This document shows positions 28,820 through 39,987 of a stretch of DNA of 64,000 bases, in pieces; position 1 is the stretch's first letter; each line of letters opens with the position of its first letter. The notes beneath the pieces are model-generated. The model made no database searches, had not been told where the DNA came from, and was given only the letters and a program-made list of their open reading frames with translations. Both the position numbers and the translations under genes were made by a program. This DNA is from Candidatus Omnitrophota bacterium. GTDB lineage: Bacteria; Omnitrophota; Gorgyraeia; Zapsychrales; Fredricksoniimonadaceae. The stretch lies in contig CAWHFJ010000009.1 of assembly GCA_963828495.1 (NCBI GenBank), positions 234,338 to 298,337 of the forward strand, written 5' to 3'.

Positions 28820-31800
28820 ATTATTCGTATTTTTGATGCTTTCCGCTTCTTCTAAAACCCTGCGATAGTCCCGCGGATAGACTTTGATAAATTTCCCCAA
28901 AATATGGTCCCAATCTTTTAAAATACCCTCAGCCACGGTTGATTGCGTATAGCGGAAATGTTTCTCAATCAATGTTTTTAATTCCAGAATATCTTGGGGT
29001 TGCGTGACCGCAAATAAATCCACCATGCCCGGATTACAATTTTTCTTGAAATTCCCGTCAGTGTCCAGCACATACGCAATCCCCCCGGACATCCCTGCCG
29101 CGAAATTGCGCCCCGTGGGTCCTATCACCGCCACGCGCCCGCCGGTCATGTACTCGCAGCCGTGATCTCCTATCCCCTCAACGACCGCATACGCTCCGGA
29201 ATTGCGCACGGCGAAACGCTCGCCGGCAATCCCTCTAAAAAACGCCTCCCCGCCAATAGCCCCGTACAAAACCACATTGCCGACAATAATATTCTCTTCC
29301 GGACGATAGCGCGCTTTTTTAGAGGGAAAAATAACAATGCGCCCGCCGGAAAGCCCCTTACCCACATAATCATTGGCCTCACCCTCAAGGCTAAAGCTGA
29401 TGCCGTGCGCCAAAAATGCGCCGAAGCTTTGGCCTGCCGCACCCTTAAATTGTATTTGGATGGTGTCTTCAGGCAAACCTGATAACCCATACTTTAAAGC
29501 CACTTGACTTGAAAGCATGGTGCCCACCGTGCGGTTGATATTCCGGATATTCGATGTTAATTGTACCGGCGTTTGATTCTCAATGGCCGGCTTGGCTTTA
29601 GCCATCAATACATTATCCAACGCCTTCTCAAGACCGTGGTCCTGGGTACTCGTGTGCCGTATCGCCACCCCTTTAGGCACGTCGGGCCGGTGCAAAATAT
29701 TCGTGAGATCAATGCCCTTGGCTTTCCAATGGTCAAGTGTGTCCTTGGTATCCAGCATGTCCACGCGGCCGATTAAATCCTCGAATTTGGCGATACCCAA
29801 TTCCGCCATAATCAAACGCACTTCTTCGGCTATAAAGGTGAAAAAATTGACCACATGCTCGGGCCTGCCTGTAAATTTTTTACGCAGCTCTTTGTCTTGG
29901 GTCGCCACCCCCACGGAACATGTGTTCAAATGACATTTACGCAGTAAAATACACCCTATAGTGACCAGGGCGGTGGTGGAAAAGCCGAATTCATCCGCGC
30001 CTAACATGGCGGCTATGACCACATCCCTCCCGGTCTTGAGTTGTCCGTCGGTCTGTACCCGTATGCGCCCGCGCAAATCATTCATCACCAAAACCTGCTG
30101 GGTTTCGGCAAGGCCCAATTCCATCGGCAACCCCGCATGTTTAATCGACGTCTGCGGCGAGGCGCCGGTCCCGCCTTCAAACCCGGAAATTAACACATGG
30201 TCCGCCTTGCCCTTGGAAACGCCGGCGGCCACTGTCCCTACCCCGATTTCAGAAACTAATTTGACCGAAATCATCGCTTTGGAGTTAGCATTTTTTAAAT
30301 CATGAATGAGCTGAGCCAAGTCCTCAATCGAATAAATATCGTGGTGCGGAGGCGGAGAAATCAAAATGACGCCCGGCGTAGTGTGCCGAGTCCATGCAAT
30401 TTCCTTGGACACTTTATGTCCGGGAAGCTGGCCGCCTTCGCCGGGCTTGGCCCCCTGGGCCATTTTAATTTGAAGCTGGTCGGCATTGACCAGATATTCA
30501 ATGGTCACCCCAAAGCGGCCTTGCGCGACCTGCTTGATGCGGCTTCTGCGCCAATCACCGTTGGGGTCTTTTTTAAAACGCTCGGCATCCTCCCCGCCTT
30601 CACCGGTATTTGAAAAACCGCCTAAACGGTTCATCGCAATGGCCAAGGTCTCATGCGCTTCCTTGGAAATGGAACCATAGCTCATAGCGCCGGTCGCAAA
30701 ACGCTTGACAATAGACGAGGCCGGCTCCACCCCCTCAAGGGGGATCGCATGGCCGGCTTTAAATTTTAAAAGACCGCGGATATTGGCAATCTGCCGGCTA
30801 TTCTCATTGACCGCCTTGGCATATTGCTGATACACTTTGAAATTGCCCGAACTCGTCGCGTACTGCAACAAAGCGATCGTTGTGGGATTTAATTGATGAA
30901 ATTCTGCTTCCTTGCGCCAAGCATATTCCCCGCCTTCATCCAGCATGGCATCTTGTGTGGGCAGCGACGGATAGCCTGCCTCATGACGCTTAAGCGCTTC
31001 CTGGGCCACGATAGCAATATCAATGCCGCCGATACGCGAAGGGGTTGCGGTAAAATAGGTATCAATCAATGCCTGTCCTAAACCCACTGCCTCGAAGATC
31101 TGCGCCCCGCAATATGACTGAATGGTGGAAATGCCCATTTTGGAAATAATTTTGTATAACCCCTTATGGCAGGCTTTAAGAAAATTCTTCTGGGCATCTG
31201 GGAAAGTGATCGGTTCCTCGAATAGCCGGTCTTTAATCATGGCTTCAATCGTCTCAAAAACCAGATACGGATTAATCGCTTGGGCCCCATAGCCGATTAA
31301 AACCGCAAAATGATGCAATTCGCGCGCCTCGCCGGTTTCAACAACTATGCTGACTTTCGTGCGCGTCCCTTGACGGATTAAATGATGGTGCAACCCGGCG
31401 CACGCCAACAACGACGGCATAGGGACCTTCTTCGCGGCAATGTCCCTGTCCGAAAGAATCAAAATACTCCTCCCTTGCCTAATGGCCTCATCGGCACCGG
31501 CACACAACGCCTCAAAGGCCTTCTCGATGCCTACAGGCCCGGCGTCTTTGTCAAATACGCAAGGCAGCCTTACCGCTTTTAATGCCCCCTGATTAATATG
31601 CACTATTTTCTCTAATTCTTCATTCGTCAGCATCGGGCGCTGGATCCATAAACGGTGGCAATGCTGGGGCGATTCTTCCAGCAAATTGCTCTCAGGGCCC
31701 AACATCATGTCCTCACCCATAATGATCTCCTCGCGGATAGCATCAATGGGAGGATTGGTCACCTGGGCAAAAAGTTGTTTGAAATACTCATAAAGGGGTT

Positions 31801-32716
31801 TAGGCCTATCGGACAATACCGCCAAGGGCGTATCGGCGCCCATGGAGCCGGTCGCTTCCTCACCCAAAACCATGGGCTTTAATAGTACTTTAAGATTTTC
31901 AAGCGTATAGCCAAACGCGCGTTGACGCTCCAGCAGGGTCTTTTCATCAAGGCCATGGACACCCTTAGGTTCGGGTAACTGGCGCAAATCGACGACGTTG
32001 TCCCTCAGCCACTGTGCATACGGCTGACGACCCGCATAAAATTTCTTCAGTTCTTCATCATCAATGATGCGTTTTTCCTCGGTATCCACCAAAAACATTT
32101 TCCCCGGCTGCAAGCGGCCCTTGAAGATGACCTTCTCTTCCGCTGTGGGCAACACCCCTGCCTCTGAGGCCATGATGACAATATCATCACTGGTGACCAG
32201 ATAGCGCGAAGGCCTAAGCCCATTGCGATCAAGCAGTGCCCCCACATAACGTCCGTCGGAAAAAGCGATCGATGCCGGTCCGTCCCAGGGTTCCATTAAA
32301 CAGGAATGATATTCATAAAAAGCGCGCTTGGCAGCGTCCATTTCCTGATGATTGCTCCAGGCCTCGGGGATCATCATCATCATCACGTGCGGCAGAGAAC
32401 GCCCGGAAAGGATTAACATTTCCAAAACATTATCAAAGGTGGCGGTGTCCGAACCTTGCGGGACAACGGTAGGCAATACTTTCTTTAAATCCTCGCCAAA
32501 AACTTTGGCAACAAACTGTTTCTCGCGTGTGCGTATCCAGTTGATATTACCGCGCAACGTATTGATTTCCCCGTTATGCGCGATATAGCGATACGGATGG
32601 GCCAACGCCCAGCTGGGGAAAGTGTTCGTGGAATACCGCGAATGGACCAACGCAATGGCCGATACCATGGCCGCGTCGCTCAAGTCAGGGAAAAAAAGAT
32701 TCAGTTGCTCGCTCAT
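28799..32716 (-). CDS. gltB: glutamate synthase large subunit, main fragment
   Basis: ALVHSRYSTNTFPSW, the FMN/central domains and a GXGXG-family C-terminus. It continues 32685..33341. Confidence 0.95.
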   Translation of the reverse strand: MSEQLNLFFPDLSDAAMVSAIALVHSRYSTNTFPSWALAHPYRYIAHNGEINTLRGNINWIRTREKQFVAKVFGEDLKKVLPTVVPQGSDTATFDNVLEMLILSGRSLPHVMMMMIPEAWSNHQEMDAAKRAFYEYHSCLMEPWDGPASIAFSDGRYVGALLDRNGLRPSRYLVTSDDIVIMASEAGVLPTAEEKVIFKGRLQPGKMFLVDTEEKRIIDDEELKKFYAGRQPYAQWLRDNVVDLRQLPEPKGVHGLDEKTLLERQRAFGYTLENLKVLLKPMVLGEEATGSMGADTPLAVLSDRPKPLYEYFKQLFAQVTNPPIDAIREEIIMGEDMMLGPESNLLEESPQHCHRLWIQRPMLTNEELEKIVHINQGALKAVRLPCVFDKDAGPVGIEKAFEALCAGADEAIRQGRSILILSDRDIAAKKVPMPSLLACAGLHHHLIRQGTRTKVSIVVETGEARELHHFAVLIGYGAQAINPYLVFETIEAMIKDRLFEEPITFPDAQKNFLKACHKGLYKIISKMGISTIQSYCGAQIFEAVGLGQALIDTYFTATPSRIGGIDIAIVAQEALKRHEAGYPSLPTQDAMLDEGGEYAWRKEAEFHQLNPTTIALLQYATSSGNFKVYQQYAKAVNENSRQIANIRGLLKFKAGHAIPLEGVEPASSIVKRFATGAMSYGSISKEAHETLAIAMNRLGGFSNTGEGGEDAERFKKDPNGDWRRSRIKQVAQGRFGVTIEYLVNADQLQIKMAQGAKPGEGGQLPGHKVSKEIAWTRHTTPGVILISPPPHHDIYSIEDLAQLIHDLKNANSKAMISVKLVSEIGVGTVAAGVSKGKADHVLISGFEGGTGASPQTSIKHAGLPMELGLAETQQVLVMNDLRGRIRVQTDGQLKTGRDVVIAAMLGADEFGFSTTALVTIGCILLRKCHLNTCSVGVATQDKELRKKFTGRPEHVVNFFTFIAEEVRLIMAELGIAKFEDLIGRVDMLDTKDTLDHWKAKGIDLTNILHRPDVPKGVAIRHTSTQDHGLEKALDNVLMAKAKPAIENQTPVQLTSNIRNINRTVGTMLSSQVALKYGLSGLPEDTIQIQFKGAAGQSFGAFLAHGISFSLEGEANDYVGKGLSGGRIVIFPSKKARYRPEENIIVGNVVLYGAIGGEAFFRGIAGERFAVRNSGAYAVVEGIGDHGCEYMTGGRVAVIGPTGRNFAAGMSGGIAYVLDTDGNFKKNCNPGMVDLFAVTQPQDILELKTLIEKHFRYTQSTVAEGILKDWDHILGKFIKVYPRDYRRVLEEAESIKNTNNVSLRGA

Positions 32717-33341
32717 CAGCTGACCTTTGTAAATTAACGTCCGGCCCGACAGCGAGCAAAAATAATAAAAATTCTTCTGCGGATAAAGTGGAATTAACCA
32801 CCTTGTTCCACAGGCGCTTGCGGATCACATAAAGCTTGCGTTCAAAATCTTCACGAGGGGTATTAGGACCGCGGGCGATAAAAAGCTGTTTGAAGGCCGG
32901 CATACCTGAGCGTGCCACCCTGCCCACTTGAGTCGGTTCATGGGGCACTTCCCTCCAGCCGATGAATTTTTGGCCTTCTTCATGAATAATGTGTTCCGTC
33001 CACTCCTCGATGATATTCCGGTCATCTAAAGAGGTGGGCAAAAAAACCAGGCCGGCGCCATAATCACCCGCGGCAGGCAAGGCGATATCCACCTTCGCCA
33101 ATTCCTTACGGAAAAATGCGTCCGGCATCTGAATGAGTATGCCTGCGCCGTCACCGGTTTTAGGATCGCAGCCGCAAGCCCCGCGGTGGGCCAGATTTTC
33201 TAAGATCTCCACCCCATGGCGAATAATCTCATGGGACTTCTGCCCCTTAATATGCGCGATAAAACCTACCCCGCAGGAAGCATGCTCAAAGCGCGGGTCA
33301 TATAACCCTTGTTTTTGTATATAACTCATATTTTTATCCAT
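32685..33341 (-). CDS. gltB: glutamate synthase large subunit, N-terminal fragment (Ntn amidotransferase start)
   Basis: EHASCGVGFIAHIKGQKSHEII. The frame is lost near 32760-32790. Confidence 0.9.
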   Translation of the reverse strand: MDKNMSYIQKQGLYDPRFEHASCGVGFIAHIKGQKSHEIIRHGVEILENLAHRGACGCDPKTGDGAGILIQMPDAFFRKELAKVDIALPAAGDYGAGLVFLPTSLDDRNIIEEWTEHIIHEEGQKFIGWREVPHEPTQVGRVARSGMPAFKQLFIARGPNTPREDFERKLYVIRKRLWNKVVNSTLSAEEFLLFLLAVGPDVNLQRSADERATESFFP

Positions 33342-33442
33342 TATTTATCTTAAGGAAGCCTTAAACCGAGATTAAATAGTATTATACCTGAGCTGGGTAT
33401 TCTATTATTTTTCGTCGATTAATGCAAATATAATTATGGGCT

Positions 33443-34258
33443 TTAAAATAACCTGACGGGTATCCGCTCTTGTAATAAAAGGTATAGCTTGTCGTCCTGC
33501 GATTGCTTTTGCAAGGCTTGTTTGCGGAGCTCTTCCCAAAGGTCCTGGTGCCAAGGATGCCCGCCAGAGGCCACCGACTGGACAATTTGCAGGACCTGAC
33601 CATACGCTCCGGCCTTCAGGTAACACGCGGCCAACATAAGTGCGGCATCTTGTACTCCCTGGTTGAGATTGCCTTCCAGCACTTGTGGAGGATTGGCTAA
33701 ATTACGCCAAATCTGTCGGTAAAATGGATTTTGAAACAGTATTGTCAAAGCCACTTTTTTCAAAGCAAGAGCTTGAGTCAATACCATGGCGCTTTTTAAA
33801 AAATCCCCCTGCTGAAAATAAATGACCCCTAAATTATAATACGACCAAAAAAAATAGGGATTGACTGCCACCGATGCCTCATACTGCGTGCGGGCCAAGT
33901 CCGGACTCCCCAGATAATACTCGCAAAACCCCAATAAAAAATGCGCGGCATCACTATCAGGCAGTAACTGGGCCGCCTTTTGATAATACTGATGGAAAAT
34001 ATACGGTTTGCCGAAATAATAACCCTGCATCCATTCTTTCTTCGGTGGCTGGGCCCCGGAAACAATGTCGGCAAAATACCCGAAGGCAGGATAATAATAA
34101 CTGATGGTGACTAACTTGCTTTTTTGTTCAACCAAATCGTGCTCTTTGATGATTTCAGTGACCAAAGGATTGTGCCTCCACAAAGCACAACCAACGGCCA
34201 AAACCACCAGCCCCGCCAGCCAAGGATCTTTTTTCAACCAGGAAAACACGGCCTTCAT
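33443..34258 (-). CDS. membrane-anchored TPR-like protein
   Basis: N-terminal TM helix followed by repeated helical (TPR-like) segments. It overlaps the upstream GT-C gene by 4 nt. Confidence 0.6.
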   Translation of the reverse strand: MKAVFSWLKKDPWLAGLVVLAVGCALWRHNPLVTEIIKEHDLVEQKSKLVTISYYYPAFGYFADIVSGAQPPKKEWMQGYYFGKPYIFHQYYQKAAQLLPDSDAAHFLLGFCEYYLGSPDLARTQYEASVAVNPYFFWSYYNLGVIYFQQGDFLKSAMVLTQALALKKVALTILFQNPFYRQIWRNLANPPQVLEGNLNQGVQDAALMLAACYLKAGAYGQVLQIVQSVASGGHPWHQDLWEELRKQALQKQSQDDKLYLLLQERIPVRLF

Positions 34259-35667
34259 TTGACAAAAAACCTCACTATTTTATGCGCCATGAATGCGAGC
34301 AGCACCAAAAACAAGGAAACCAAAGGAAACGCATAACGGTCGATCACAAAAAACACCGAATACATGGCCGCAAACCAAAAAATAAAATTCAATACCCAAA
34401 ATAAGACCCACACCTGGGAATGACTTTGCCGCCAATATGCTCGTCGATAAACACACAAATAACAAAAAGAAAACACGCAGGCACCCCAGGAAAAGAACGC
34501 CAAAACAATCTTGAGACTATTCATCAACCCCGGTGCATAGAAAATCCCTTCCAGCCAATCCGGATAAGCCACAAAAGCAACGGAAGATTCCCAAAAAAAT
34601 ATTTTATGGGCTTCAACGCCCCACAACATAACCGCCTGCAGAGGATTGGCCAAAACCATTCTGATCGAATCGTATATATAATATCGGGAAAGCTCTGCCT
34701 CTGTGGCGCCTTTGGCCTTAAGCTCCTCTCTCTTGGCTTGCGCCACATCCTCCGCATGCCTGTCAGACCAAAAGTCACAATCATCCGTGCCAAATATCGA
34801 CGGACAAACACTTAAGCCCGGCACATACGCCACGGCTGCCCCCAAACGCCTGAGGGTCAACGGCTGCATGCGACATGCCGTATTGCCGTATAAAAACCAA
34901 TCGCCCCTCGGTGTAAAAACAAAATGGCCGTTGGCCTGATAATTCTCCCATTTATAGATATTGACCGCGCCTTCAAAAACAAGAAGGGCCGCCAGACAAA
35001 ACATAATCACATGCTTGGCTTTAAGCAAGTGCCCTCTCCTCCAGCTGGCAACAATGAGCCCATAAAACGGCCATAAATAAAATAATAAAACCCCTTCAGC
35101 AACCGCTTTGACGGACATGATCAGCAAAAACATCAACCCCACCATTGTACCGTGTCCGATGGCCTTGAGCATGCCTCGACGGTCATCGGATAGATTATCC
35201 ATGACCCTCCAGGATTTAATGGTCCATAGCACCGCTAGCACCACCCACGGATACGCGGCGAATTCCGACCATAAACGCATGCTGGAGTTCGTCATGACCG
35301 GTGAGATGCCTAAATAAAAAACAGCCAAACACGCCATAATTCTGGGTATGGACAGCATCCTCATCAAACGGTAAGAAAAAACCATGGTCAACAGCAAAAA
35401 TAACGTGCCTATCATTTTCAAAGGATAGTAATAGGAAATCCCCCACCATTCTCCCAGCTGCATCGACCATGCCACCATGGCCGGAAACAACGGCTCCCGG
35501 TTAGGACCTGTACGGAAAAATTCACCCCATCCCTGGTGAACGATCATTTTGCCTAAATCTTCATAACTGGCGGCATCAAACACGACCACGATCTGGGTGG
35601 TAAAAAATAAATAGATCCACCACAAGAAGGGAATAATAAACGCCCATTTGACGTACGTGTTTTTCAT
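34255..35667 (-). CDS. GT-C fold membrane glycosyltransferase (ArnT/PMT family 39-like)
   Basis: Polytopic membrane protein. The first periplasmic loop FDAASYEDLGKMIV...PNREPLFP resembles the family D-x-x-Y/acidic loop. Confidence 0.65.
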   Translation of the reverse strand: MKNTYVKWAFIIPFLWWIYLFFTTQIVVVFDAASYEDLGKMIVHQGWGEFFRTGPNREPLFPAMVAWSMQLGEWWGISYYYPLKMIGTLFLLLTMVFSYRLMRMLSIPRIMACLAVFYLGISPVMTNSSMRLWSEFAAYPWVVLAVLWTIKSWRVMDNLSDDRRGMLKAIGHGTMVGLMFLLIMSVKAVAEGVLLFYLWPFYGLIVASWRRGHLLKAKHVIMFCLAALLVFEGAVNIYKWENYQANGHFVFTPRGDWFLYGNTACRMQPLTLRRLGAAVAYVPGLSVCPSIFGTDDCDFWSDRHAEDVAQAKREELKAKGATEAELSRYYIYDSIRMVLANPLQAVMLWGVEAHKIFFWESSVAFVAYPDWLEGIFYAPGLMNSLKIVLAFFSWGACVFSFCYLCVYRRAYWRQSHSQVWVLFWVLNFIFWFAAMYSVFFVIDRYAFPLVSLFLVLLAFMAHKIVRFFVK

Positions 35668-35673
35668 AAAATT

Positions 35674-37548
35674 TTAGAACTTTCTGACAAAAATAGTGAT
35701 CTTATCGTCTACCGCCGGGGATTGCCACGCCGGAACATAAATACCGCGGCCTACCAAAAGATAGGGTTGTAGTTCTGTGCCTGAAACAACCAGCGCGCAG
35801 GGTTGAAAATCACCTAATGGATATTTCAGGGACCCTGACTGATTAGCCACCTGCACATGCTCAATACGCAAGCCTTTCCCCCGCAAAAATTGCCACCAGG
35901 GATATTCCCATTCTCCGCCTGTTAAAAGCCCCACTTCTCGGCACGCAATAGATTTTAGATACTTCGTGCCGTAGAAATACGGCAAAATCAAATACGGACG
36001 CTTATAAAAATATTGGGTGACCTTCGGCTGGCGCCATATACCGCCGTCTCCCATCCACGGATGCTGTTGATTGTAAAACATCCACGGTATGGCTGTTAAA
36101 AATAACAGGATGACCACCACCACACTTTTTTTATTTAAGAAATGCTCCAGGATGACTCCCGCCACAGGACAAAATAAAATAAAGACAGGTAAATGAAAGC
36201 GGCTGTTCCATGGTTGGTAACGGACCACCCAACAAAACAACAAAGAAGCCAAAGCCACCGTCAACATATAAAAACCGGCCTTCTGCCTCAGGGAGCGGGA
36301 AAACCAGAATAATAAAAACACACCCCCAAAAAGCAGCAAGTGCAAAAAATTGCCGGTATAATCTTCATCGAAATTCAGACTGCGGATAGCAAAACTACCG
36401 CCAAAAGTCGCGCGCGGATCATCAATGTCCGCGCCCAAAAACCGGGCCGCCCTCCTCAGCGTCTGTACCGTATGCGCATTAACATCCATCCAGGGCATGG
36501 CTAAATGTACCCCCGTATTGCGCAATATATTCACCCATAAAACCTTCGGGCTCAAAGAGGCGTTGGTCAACGGAACACTTGTCCACGTCGGAGATCCAAA
36601 TGTCTGGCTATTGCGTGCATATTGCCCCACATTCACAAACACGGCGCAGGCGACGATCAGCAACACACCCGCGACAGACCTCCTCCAGTGCCTTTTTAAA
36701 GTCGTTCCCATAAACCAAATTAAAAAAGGCGCTGCGAAAATATAACTATTGCCTTTGGTTAACAACGCCAGCCCCAGGCTTAATCCGGCCGCCATGGTAT
36801 AAATAAAACGTGGGGAACGTTGGGTTTCTATAAGAAAAACCACGAATGCTATCAACCAAAAAGCGCCCACATAATCGGTTTGGGTGCTGACCGACTGTAA
36901 AATACCCATCGGCAAGGTTGCGGCCAAGGCCGCGGCCATCAGTTGCCCTAGACGGCCGGCGCCTAATTGCCGCGCCAGTAACGACACCCCTATTAAACTG
37001 CCGACCATCGCGAGCCATTGGACCCCATTCGCACTTGATTCCCCGCCGCCCAAGATACGCACATGGGCAATGGCAAACTCAGCCCACGGTGTAATATATA
37101 ATTGGCGGATATCATTGGTCGGATAAAAGGCAACTGTTTTGTCTTGTATCCAATGCTCCACACGAGGCAGATGATAGGTCATCGCATCCCATGTGTTGGG
37201 CACTCCGACCATGGCTGTAACCGCACTCACTGCGCCAATAAAAAGAATGATGCCTAAAAATATTTTCTCGCTTAAAAAGTAGTTTTTGCAGCGGCTTAGG
37301 TCTAGCCGTGCTGTCTTAGGCCACCCCCTAACCGCCCCGAGGCCGCTCGATATGGTCAACAACGACCAGCAGATCACTACAGGATAAAAACTTAAAACTC
37401 GTATAAGACTTAATCCTTCTGTTATCCCTGTCAATGCGCTCCCGCTCACAATCGCCGCGCATAGTATGGCCGAGCGCCAACCGTTAAGATAACGGTATAG
37501 GATGAGTGCACAAAAAACTAGAAAAAATATGGGAAGAAAAAGAAACAT
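35674..37548 (-). CDS. GT-C fold membrane glycosyltransferase-like protein
   Basis: More than 10 predicted TM helices. Contains the loop WDAMTYHLPRVEHW and a soluble C-terminal domain. Confidence 0.55.
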   Translation of the reverse strand: MFLFLPIFFLVFCALILYRYLNGWRSAILCAAIVSGSALTGITEGLSLIRVLSFYPVVICWSLLTISSGLGAVRGWPKTARLDLSRCKNYFLSEKIFLGIILFIGAVSAVTAMVGVPNTWDAMTYHLPRVEHWIQDKTVAFYPTNDIRQLYITPWAEFAIAHVRILGGGESSANGVQWLAMVGSLIGVSLLARQLGAGRLGQLMAAALAATLPMGILQSVSTQTDYVGAFWLIAFVVFLIETQRSPRFIYTMAAGLSLGLALLTKGNSYIFAAPFLIWFMGTTLKRHWRRSVAGVLLIVACAVFVNVGQYARNSQTFGSPTWTSVPLTNASLSPKVLWVNILRNTGVHLAMPWMDVNAHTVQTLRRAARFLGADIDDPRATFGGSFAIRSLNFDEDYTGNFLHLLLFGGVFLLFWFSRSLRQKAGFYMLTVALASLLFCWVVRYQPWNSRFHLPVFILFCPVAGVILEHFLNKKSVVVVILLFLTAIPWMFYNQQHPWMGDGGIWRQPKVTQYFYKRPYLILPYFYGTKYLKSIACREVGLLTGGEWEYPWWQFLRGKGLRIEHVQVANQSGSLKYPLGDFQPCALVVSGTELQPYLLVGRGIYVPAWQSPAVDDKITIFVRKF

Positions 37549-37554
37549 AGCTAT

Positions 37555-38262
37555 TTAAAGACGCTCTGCAACCATGATCAACGATTGTCCCACCGGCGGA
37601 TTGCCCAAAGATTCCACCGCTCTCAAGCATGGCACTATTCTGTCGAGCATATGGCAAGCCTCTTTATGGAACTCTTTTTGTCTTAATACCCGTCCGGCAA
37701 AAAACCAGGTCAATATGCCGAACATATTCATGTAATAGGCCTCTCTCACACGAAAACCCGCCTGCTGTGCAGCGGCGCGCAAAGTTTTTTTAGTATAGCG
37801 ACGGTGATGGTCAACGCTCCTGTCTAAAGTGCCGTAAATCGCCGGCAAAGCAGGAACAAAAATAACCACCTTCCCCCCTTTTTTTAAAAGATGCCTCATA
37901 TGCTTTAAAGCCGCCACGTCCTTGTCAATGTGTTCCAATACATTAATGCAGGTGATGGTGTCCGCAATCGCTTCGGGATACTTAACGATCACTTGCGGAT
38001 CGGCAATATCCAAAGACAGAACGCGGTAATTTTTCAAAGGAAGGAAGGTGTGTCTTAAGGTGTTGACCATCCGCGAATCATAATCTGAAAGGATGACCTC
38101 TTCAATGCCGGGTTCATCAAACTGCCCGGAGATATCTCCCAAGCCGCTGCCGATGTCCCAAACAACGCCTCGCAGATGCCGTCTAATACGGCTGTAAAGC
38201 CAGGCATTATACCTAAGCGACCCGCGGATGACGCTGAGTATTTTAAACATATCCGAAGACAT
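37555..38262 (-). CDS. class I SAM-dependent methyltransferase
   Basis: VWDIGSGLGD is the motif I region, with a Methyltransf_11/23-like layout. Confidence 0.8.
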   Translation of the reverse strand: MSSDMFKILSVIRGSLRYNAWLYSRIRRHLRGVVWDIGSGLGDISGQFDEPGIEEVILSDYDSRMVNTLRHTFLPLKNYRVLSLDIADPQVIVKYPEAIADTITCINVLEHIDKDVAALKHMRHLLKKGGKVVIFVPALPAIYGTLDRSVDHHRRYTKKTLRAAAQQAGFRVREAYYMNMFGILTWFFAGRVLRQKEFHKEACHMLDRIVPCLRAVESLGNPPVGQSLIMVAERL

Positions 38263-38285
38263 GTCATCTCCTGAAAAAACCTGCT

Positions 38286-39980
38286 TTATCGGCCACGGCT
38301 TTTAGCTATGAGCTCGTCCATCTGGGCCATAAAATCACGCGCCACCGGCAAGCCTAATTCTTTGGAGCGCCCCCCCAGCATATAGGCCGCCTGTGGCTGT
38401 CCCTGCACCAAAGCCATTTGTGCCATATAAAACAATTGAAACGCTTGTTTGTCATTAGCTTCAAGCACTCCGTAGAGTGCCGCATCGCCTCTTTGGGCCA
38501 CGAGTTTGACTTTAAACAACGGGCTAAAAAAAGCCTCCCCCATCGGGGAACCGTATAAAAACACCTGACGGCCGCCGGCGATGGCATCTTCAATAAAAGC
38601 GTCCTGAGGATTATTGATTTTAAATTGCAGGATGTCCATCACATAATCCGTCGGGTACAATTTTTGGATCAAATCCTTGTAGGCGCCCAGCCCATAACAA
38701 TCATCCCCAAACGCTAAAGAATAAGATACAGACGAACAACGGTAATACCCGCAAATAATGACCCCCTTATGCCTATACACCTCTTTAGAAAAAGTTTGGG
38801 CCACGCTCGATGCCCTATACGCGCCGCCTATTTCAATAAAACAAAGCATCAGGCTGATAGCAGTAAAAAGAAGAGCTGCCCCCCGCCAGACCCAAGGCTT
38901 TCCGCTCCCGCTGCGGTACATGAATGCCCACAAAAATCCAAACAATCCCATCGCCGGGACCATATAATGATACGCTGTTTCTTTAGCGACCATTAAAAAC
39001 TGTACAATGATAGTTATGCCTATCCATGCCGCCCAATAGTACGCTTTATTCAATTTGTTCCAGGCGCCAGAGACGATACGATGGTAAAGGACAATCCCTA
39101 AAATACAAAAAGCACTGCTCATTAATAACCATTGCTGGACGAAAGTGATTATTAATCCATTACGGAAACTCCCCCACGCTATCAATCCCTGATGGCCGTA
39201 GCCCCGGAATTCCGTATGCGTTAACATCTGATAAAGATTGTTCCACATCAAAAGATAATGTGAGGAGACCGGCCAAGTGGCTAAAATAAAAGTCACCCCC
39301 GCAAGCACACAAAAAAGCAGTCTTGCTCTCAACGCAGGTAATACGGCTAATGGGACGACCACCAACGAAAGACAGGTGAATTTGGTGGCGACCATCAACC
39401 CATACACCGCGCCCCACCCCAGCGCCGTTCCTAATGAAGATTTTTTGTCGTCTATAAAAAAAGCCCTCAATAAACATAGTCCATAGAGGTTAAGCATCCC
39501 CATCATCAAGGTCTCCGGACACACATTAGCCACTGCCAGCAGAAACCCTGATTCCTTGCACATTGTTAGATATAAAAAAGCCGGGGTCTGGACTAGAAAC
39601 GCGAAGAGCCAATCACCGCTGCGTCGGTAGGCATAAAAGCTCAAGGCCATCAGGGTCGCGCTAGTAAAAATGATCAGCACGGCGTACATGGCATGCAGAT
39701 AAAATTCAGGCGCCCTAAACACATTCTCAACCATCTGGCTATCGGAGATGAAAAAATTAAACGACTTAATGATGACCCCGCCCAGCCACTGTACCGTCGT
39801 GCCGGGATGCTGAAAATATAAAGGCACCCTGTGATCTGCCAAATACACCGCGTTCATCAAATACTGATACGCCGGGTCACTGTTGGCCCCCAGCCAAAAA
39901 GGTCCGCTGGCGAAACGCCAGGCTAAAGACAAAATCAACATCAACAAAGGCATCCCGGCTATGATCACATACGCCATCAT
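38286..39980 (-). CDS. polytopic membrane protein, GT-C-like, with a soluble C-terminal domain
   Basis: Multiple TM helices and an N-terminal loop NSDPAYQYLMNAVYL. No specific family recognised. Confidence 0.5.
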   Translation of the reverse strand: MMAYVIIAGMPLLMLILSLAWRFASGPFWLGANSDPAYQYLMNAVYLADHRVPLYFQHPGTTVQWLGGVIIKSFNFFISDSQMVENVFRAPEFYLHAMYAVLIIFTSATLMALSFYAYRRSGDWLFAFLVQTPAFLYLTMCKESGFLLAVANVCPETLMMGMLNLYGLCLLRAFFIDDKKSSLGTALGWGAVYGLMVATKFTCLSLVVVPLAVLPALRARLLFCVLAGVTFILATWPVSSHYLLMWNNLYQMLTHTEFRGYGHQGLIAWGSFRNGLIITFVQQWLLMSSAFCILGIVLYHRIVSGAWNKLNKAYYWAAWIGITIIVQFLMVAKETAYHYMVPAMGLFGFLWAFMYRSGSGKPWVWRGAALLFTAISLMLCFIEIGGAYRASSVAQTFSKEVYRHKGVIICGYYRCSSVSYSLAFGDDCYGLGAYKDLIQKLYPTDYVMDILQFKINNPQDAFIEDAIAGGRQVFLYGSPMGEAFFSPLFKVKLVAQRGDAALYGVLEANDKQAFQLFYMAQMALVQGQPQAAYMLGGRSKELGLPVARDFMAQMDELIAKSRGR

Positions 39981-39987
39981 GGCTCTC